A DNA stretch of 43,446 nucleotides, taken from contig JYFJ02000337.1 of the NCBI GenBank assembly GCA_000934665.2, positions 124,001 through 167,446 on the forward strand, given 5' to 3'. Under the pieces are notes generated by a model, which worked only from the letters and a program-made list of their open reading frames with translations, was not told where the DNA came from and made no database searches. Position numbers and translations under genes: made by a program. The stretch comes from Catajapyx aquilonaris. Lineage: Eukaryota. Shown in pieces: positions 40,801 to 43,446 of the stretch; position 1 is the first letter of the stretch, and each line of letters opens with the position of its first letter.

Positions 40801-41958
40801 ATACAGGCCTAATTTGCCTGAAATGGACTTGTGCTTTTTACATTCATTGTCACATTGATTTGCCATAAGCCACTGATGTTCTTTAGGAACAGTTTGGCTA
40901 ACCAGTCAGTCACATTTTTTGAGCATATGATTTTAATTAGCCTTCACTTACCATTTAAAAAATTGGTTAACATCAGGTTAACGTTGCAGACAAAGCAGAA
41001 AAATTACTGACATCCCTTCCCTGGCTCTTTCTTCTTCCTTAGGAAAAGTTTTTTCCTGACATACACTGCAAGTTTAGTAAGGTGGACTTCACCAGCTGGA
41101 TGGCTGAGACTCATCTCAAGCTGTCTAATTTTTTGAAAAAAGTAGAGGCACACTTTGGACGCCTTCAAGCTATTGTAGTGGACCGCGATGTGTTTGAGAA
41201 GGATGCTGCGGAGGTGCTTACCAGGATTGAAGTTGGTCCTCATTGGAAGTAAGCATTAACTAGTAGTAGTTTTTTTGAATGCTTCATTTGTTGACCAGTG
41301 ACTTAAACTCCCTTGGAAGGTATGCAGAGCTCTCAGTTAAAATTCCCCTTTGCCATAGTTTTTCTCTCAAGCAGTTTGTAAAGTTCTGGCAGAACTTGAA
41401 CCCTACATTCTGTTTTGAAATTTGCAGCTCCACATGGCAAGGTTTTGCCTACAATGTGCATCAGGCAATGTTGATGCTAGTAAGTAAATGTAAACATGAT
41501 TATTAGTCAGTCACAGGTCTCACAGGTGATGGAAATATTGGGTGGAACCTTGAAAGATTTTTCTGGGTTTTCCCACTCACAAAGGCGGATGTGATATTCA
41601 TTGACTAACACTTTGATTCTACATTGGTTGTATCAAGCAACTTGAGAATTACAGTGCCTGACTTGGAACTGTGCTTTTCCAGACCTGTTCCAGAATTGGA
41701 TTTATCAACAATAGAAGATCCCTTCCCAGGGATTCCGGACCCTCCATGTTTACCTCCACCAAGGCCTGCAGCTGCCCCTGTGGCATTGGGTTTGCTGAAC
41801 AATGAGCCTCTCAAGTTCGACTGGAATAAACCTCCATCTGGTTAGAGAGAATTGGCAGTTTTTGTTTTTGCATAAGGATGTGAACTTAATATTCTTGATT
41901 ATTTACTTGCAGCACCTCCTCCATACTTGTTGGAAAATCTAGGAAGACAGCAGGAGAG
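24573..41958 (+). CDS. Giant, largely disordered protein with C-terminal U1/matrin-type C2H2 and CG7065-like zinc fingers; 3'-incomplete, at least 2,381 codons
   Basis: Phase-consistent exon chain: 24573-28837, 35747-37754, 39831-40038, 40099-40218, 40279-40412, 41043-41248, 41683-41840, 41913-41958, then beyond the window. Zinc fingers: CHVC-x12-HVNGKKH and PGVEYVVE..YICIVC..HMSSTSHKLKY followed by EKFFP..VEAHFGRL..IEVGPHW, resembling Drosophila CG7065 from memory. Joining the two large exons to the finger exons is inferred. Confidence 0.72.
27501..27803 (+). repeat. Coding 18-bp minisatellite encoding (EEVKQA/P) x16 plus EEIKQ
   Basis: GAGGAAGTAAAACAGGCA and GAAGAAGTAAAACAGCCT units, in frame within the giant exon. 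Confidence 0.97.
29813..29890 (+). mobile_element. tRNA-derived SINE head (or tRNA pseudogene)
   Basis: Pol III A-box TGGCCGAGATGG at 29825-29836 and B-box GGTTCGATCCC at 29869-29879 with tRNA-like spacing. I could not build a clean cloverleaf. The body may extend to about 30075. Confidence 0.6.
30660..31342. mobile_element. PIF/Harbinger-type non-autonomous element
   Basis: TAA|AGGTGCGTTCACATATACGCGA ... TCGTGTATATGTGAATGCACCT|TAA: 22-bp TIR with 2 mismatches and a 3-bp TAA TSD. Internal TIR-like motifs near 30737 and 31223. Confidence 0.85.
32206..32750. mobile_element. hAT (Charlie-like) MITE with assembly ambiguities
   Basis: CAGCGGTTCTCAAAC ... GTTTGAGAACCTCTG termini; TSD CTATAGTG/CTCTAGTG (7/8 match); N bases at 32301 and 32706. 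Confidence 0.75.
33979..34326. mobile_element. hAT MITE
   Basis: Perfect 16-bp TIR CAGGGGTGGGCAAAGT; degenerate 8-bp TSD TTCTATGA/TCCTGTGA (6/8 match). Confidence 0.78.
35747..37754 (+). CDS. 2.0-kb second large coding exon of the giant zinc-finger gene
   Basis: Acceptor aatttcag|G at 35746/35747 is phase 2, matching the upstream donor and reading SFK-IPKK. The ORF is open for 689 codons. Donor GTG|gtaagt at 37754/37755. Confidence 0.86.
36543..36830 (+). repeat. Coding repeat (~54-bp unit) encoding W-S-D-x-G-L-E-N-I-S-acidic motifs, 6 copies of the core
   Basis: GFEDISS, GLENISTEEE x2, GLENISPEN, DLENISGDGE, ALENISDD. Confidence 0.9.
37371..37646 (+). repeat. Coding tandem repeat (69-72 bp, 4 copies) encoding VYRKDVPCKEEVKVPLVSKE(E)IRM
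   Basis: Four near-identical units visible in both DNA and protein. Confidence 0.93.
39002..39451. mobile_element. Tc1/mariner-pogo (Tigger-like) MITE, copy 2
   Basis: TA|CAGTGAAACCTGC ... GCAGGTTTCACTG|TA; same family as 3561-3971. Confidence 0.72.
39831..41248 (+). CDS. Zinc-finger-encoding exons (U1/matrin-like C2H2 plus CG7065-like finger and helical region)
   Basis: Four exons with canonical splice sites. Cys/His spacing C-x2-C-x12-H-x5-H (HVNGKKH), and a second C-x2-C...H-x5-H finger preceded by GVEYVVE. Confidence 0.82.
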
Positions 41959-42011
41959 GTGAGTGTTTTAAAAATTGGTGATTATACTAATTTTCTTTGT
42001 GATTGAGAGTA

Positions 42012-42314
42012 CACTGTAATCCCTATTATCCGGGTGCAGATTATCCATCTTGCGGATTATCCGTGCATGGCTAAAGCAAAGAAGAGTCAGAAAAATATCA
42101 ATTTTCTCCAAAACAAAAAAATGTAGCAGACTTTTTCCAAAGACAATTTAAAAATTTACGAAAACTTTTCCAACATTGTTTAAATCCTATTTAGAGCAGT
42201 ACAGTTATTCATTAAAAACATGTGAATAGCTCATCTGTTTTCCGATCATCTGTGTTTTCCAATTAGCCGGTGACACCTGTGCAGCCATTAGCCTGGATAA
42301 TCAGGAGTGCAGTG
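42012..42314. mobile_element. Tigger/pogo-like MITE
   Basis: TA|CACTGTAATCCCTATTATCCGGG ... CCTGGATAATCAGGAGTGCAGTG|TA imperfect TIR with repeated GATTATCC motifs. Confidence 0.68.
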
Positions 42315-43446
42315 TATATCCATGCTAAATCATGGCAAGAGGAAATTAGTCGTGTGGCCGGCATTTTTTTGAAAATCCATTTTAGTAGAAATTGTTAAGG
42401 AACAGAAACACATGCAATTTTCAGCATAATTTTGAGAAATATGCACATGTTTCCCAGTTTACAAGTCTCAGTGGCATGAGGATGGGAAGGTTTGAAATCC
42501 CATCCGCTCACTTGAGTGCATGCACATTCAGTGCAGATGCAGACATTGTAGATGTTGTGTAACTGCACACCACTTAAGTTCATTGTTTGCGTGTGTCTTG
42601 GCTGAGTATGTTTTCATCCACTTCTTTGCAGTGTTATGTAGTTTTTGATTATTTTTTAAAGTAGCAATGGCATCTAGGCATAAGGCCACGTTTACATGTG
42701 AATGATTCATTCAGCAATGACACCATCTCTTCAGGGGGCGAAAATCGATTGTTACTTTCGTCCCAAACAATTGGTTTCATTGCTCAGTGATGCTCACATG
42801 TAAACGAGGCATAGTGCAAGTGTGTTGGCGAGTGTGCGTAGATGAAAGAAGGTTAGGATTAGCCTCAGTGTAAAGTATGCATGTTTGTTAAACTTGGTTC
42901 TGGGCTGTGTATAGCATTCGACGGCCACGAAGTCTGTGTGATTTAATCCAATGACAGTAAATCTGCAATAAGGAAGAAAGCATACGTAGAGCTGTGCATG
43001 AATCGGTCTAGAGTGCATGATGAACATGGTCCTGCACGAATACAACTCCTCCTTTTCCAAATAGGATCAATAGTTCTGTCTTCACGGAGTTTTCAAGGAA
43101 CCTAACACCTTCTAATGTTAGCACTGACTGTACAGTAAGCCCCCGGTCTACTAACGGGGTTACCCTCTTGAAAATGTCCATAAGTCAGATCGCTGAGGAA
43201 CAGAGCATTATATACAGCATGAAGATGCTGCTCCAATGAACTGCTTACGTTGTGTGTTTGTTTACCTGGGCAGAAGAACATGGTTTCCCAATTATTTATT
43301 CATTATACAAATATACAGTATTTGTTTTGAAATTGGTGTTGTTCAACAGAGGCAAAAGGGATTTTAAGTGGATGAATAATTATAAATGATCCGTATGGAG
43401 AGCCTTAGAGACCTTTCGTAAGTACGGATCGCCATCAGTGCTGGAT

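Overview
Eukaryotic, intron-rich, gene-dense window, most likely from an arthropod (inferred from a deadpan/hairy-type exon, a CG7065-like gene and frequent ~60-nt introns). It holds five protein-coding genes: the last exon of a deadpan/hairy-family WRPW repressor (+), a 4-exon PI-PLC X-domain gene PLCXD (-), a 7-exon 6-phosphofructo-2-kinase/fructose-2,6-bisphosphatase PFKFB (+) with one GC-AG intron and divergent kinase motifs, a 6-coding-exon CCDC47 (-), and a very large (>2,380 codons, running off the right edge) repeat-rich disordered protein with C-terminal U1/matrin-type and CG7065-like zinc fingers (+). Introns and intergenic DNA carry many non-autonomous DNA transposons (hAT, Tc1/mariner-pogo, PIF/Harbinger, a possible Sola-type element nested in a 1.46-kb fold-back) and a tRNA-derived SINE head. 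I see no prokaryotic system, CRISPR array or intact transposase. The best novelty candidate is the giant zinc-finger gene with its arrays of short linear motifs. All exon boundaries were derived by eye from splice signals and reading-frame continuity, not from transcript data.
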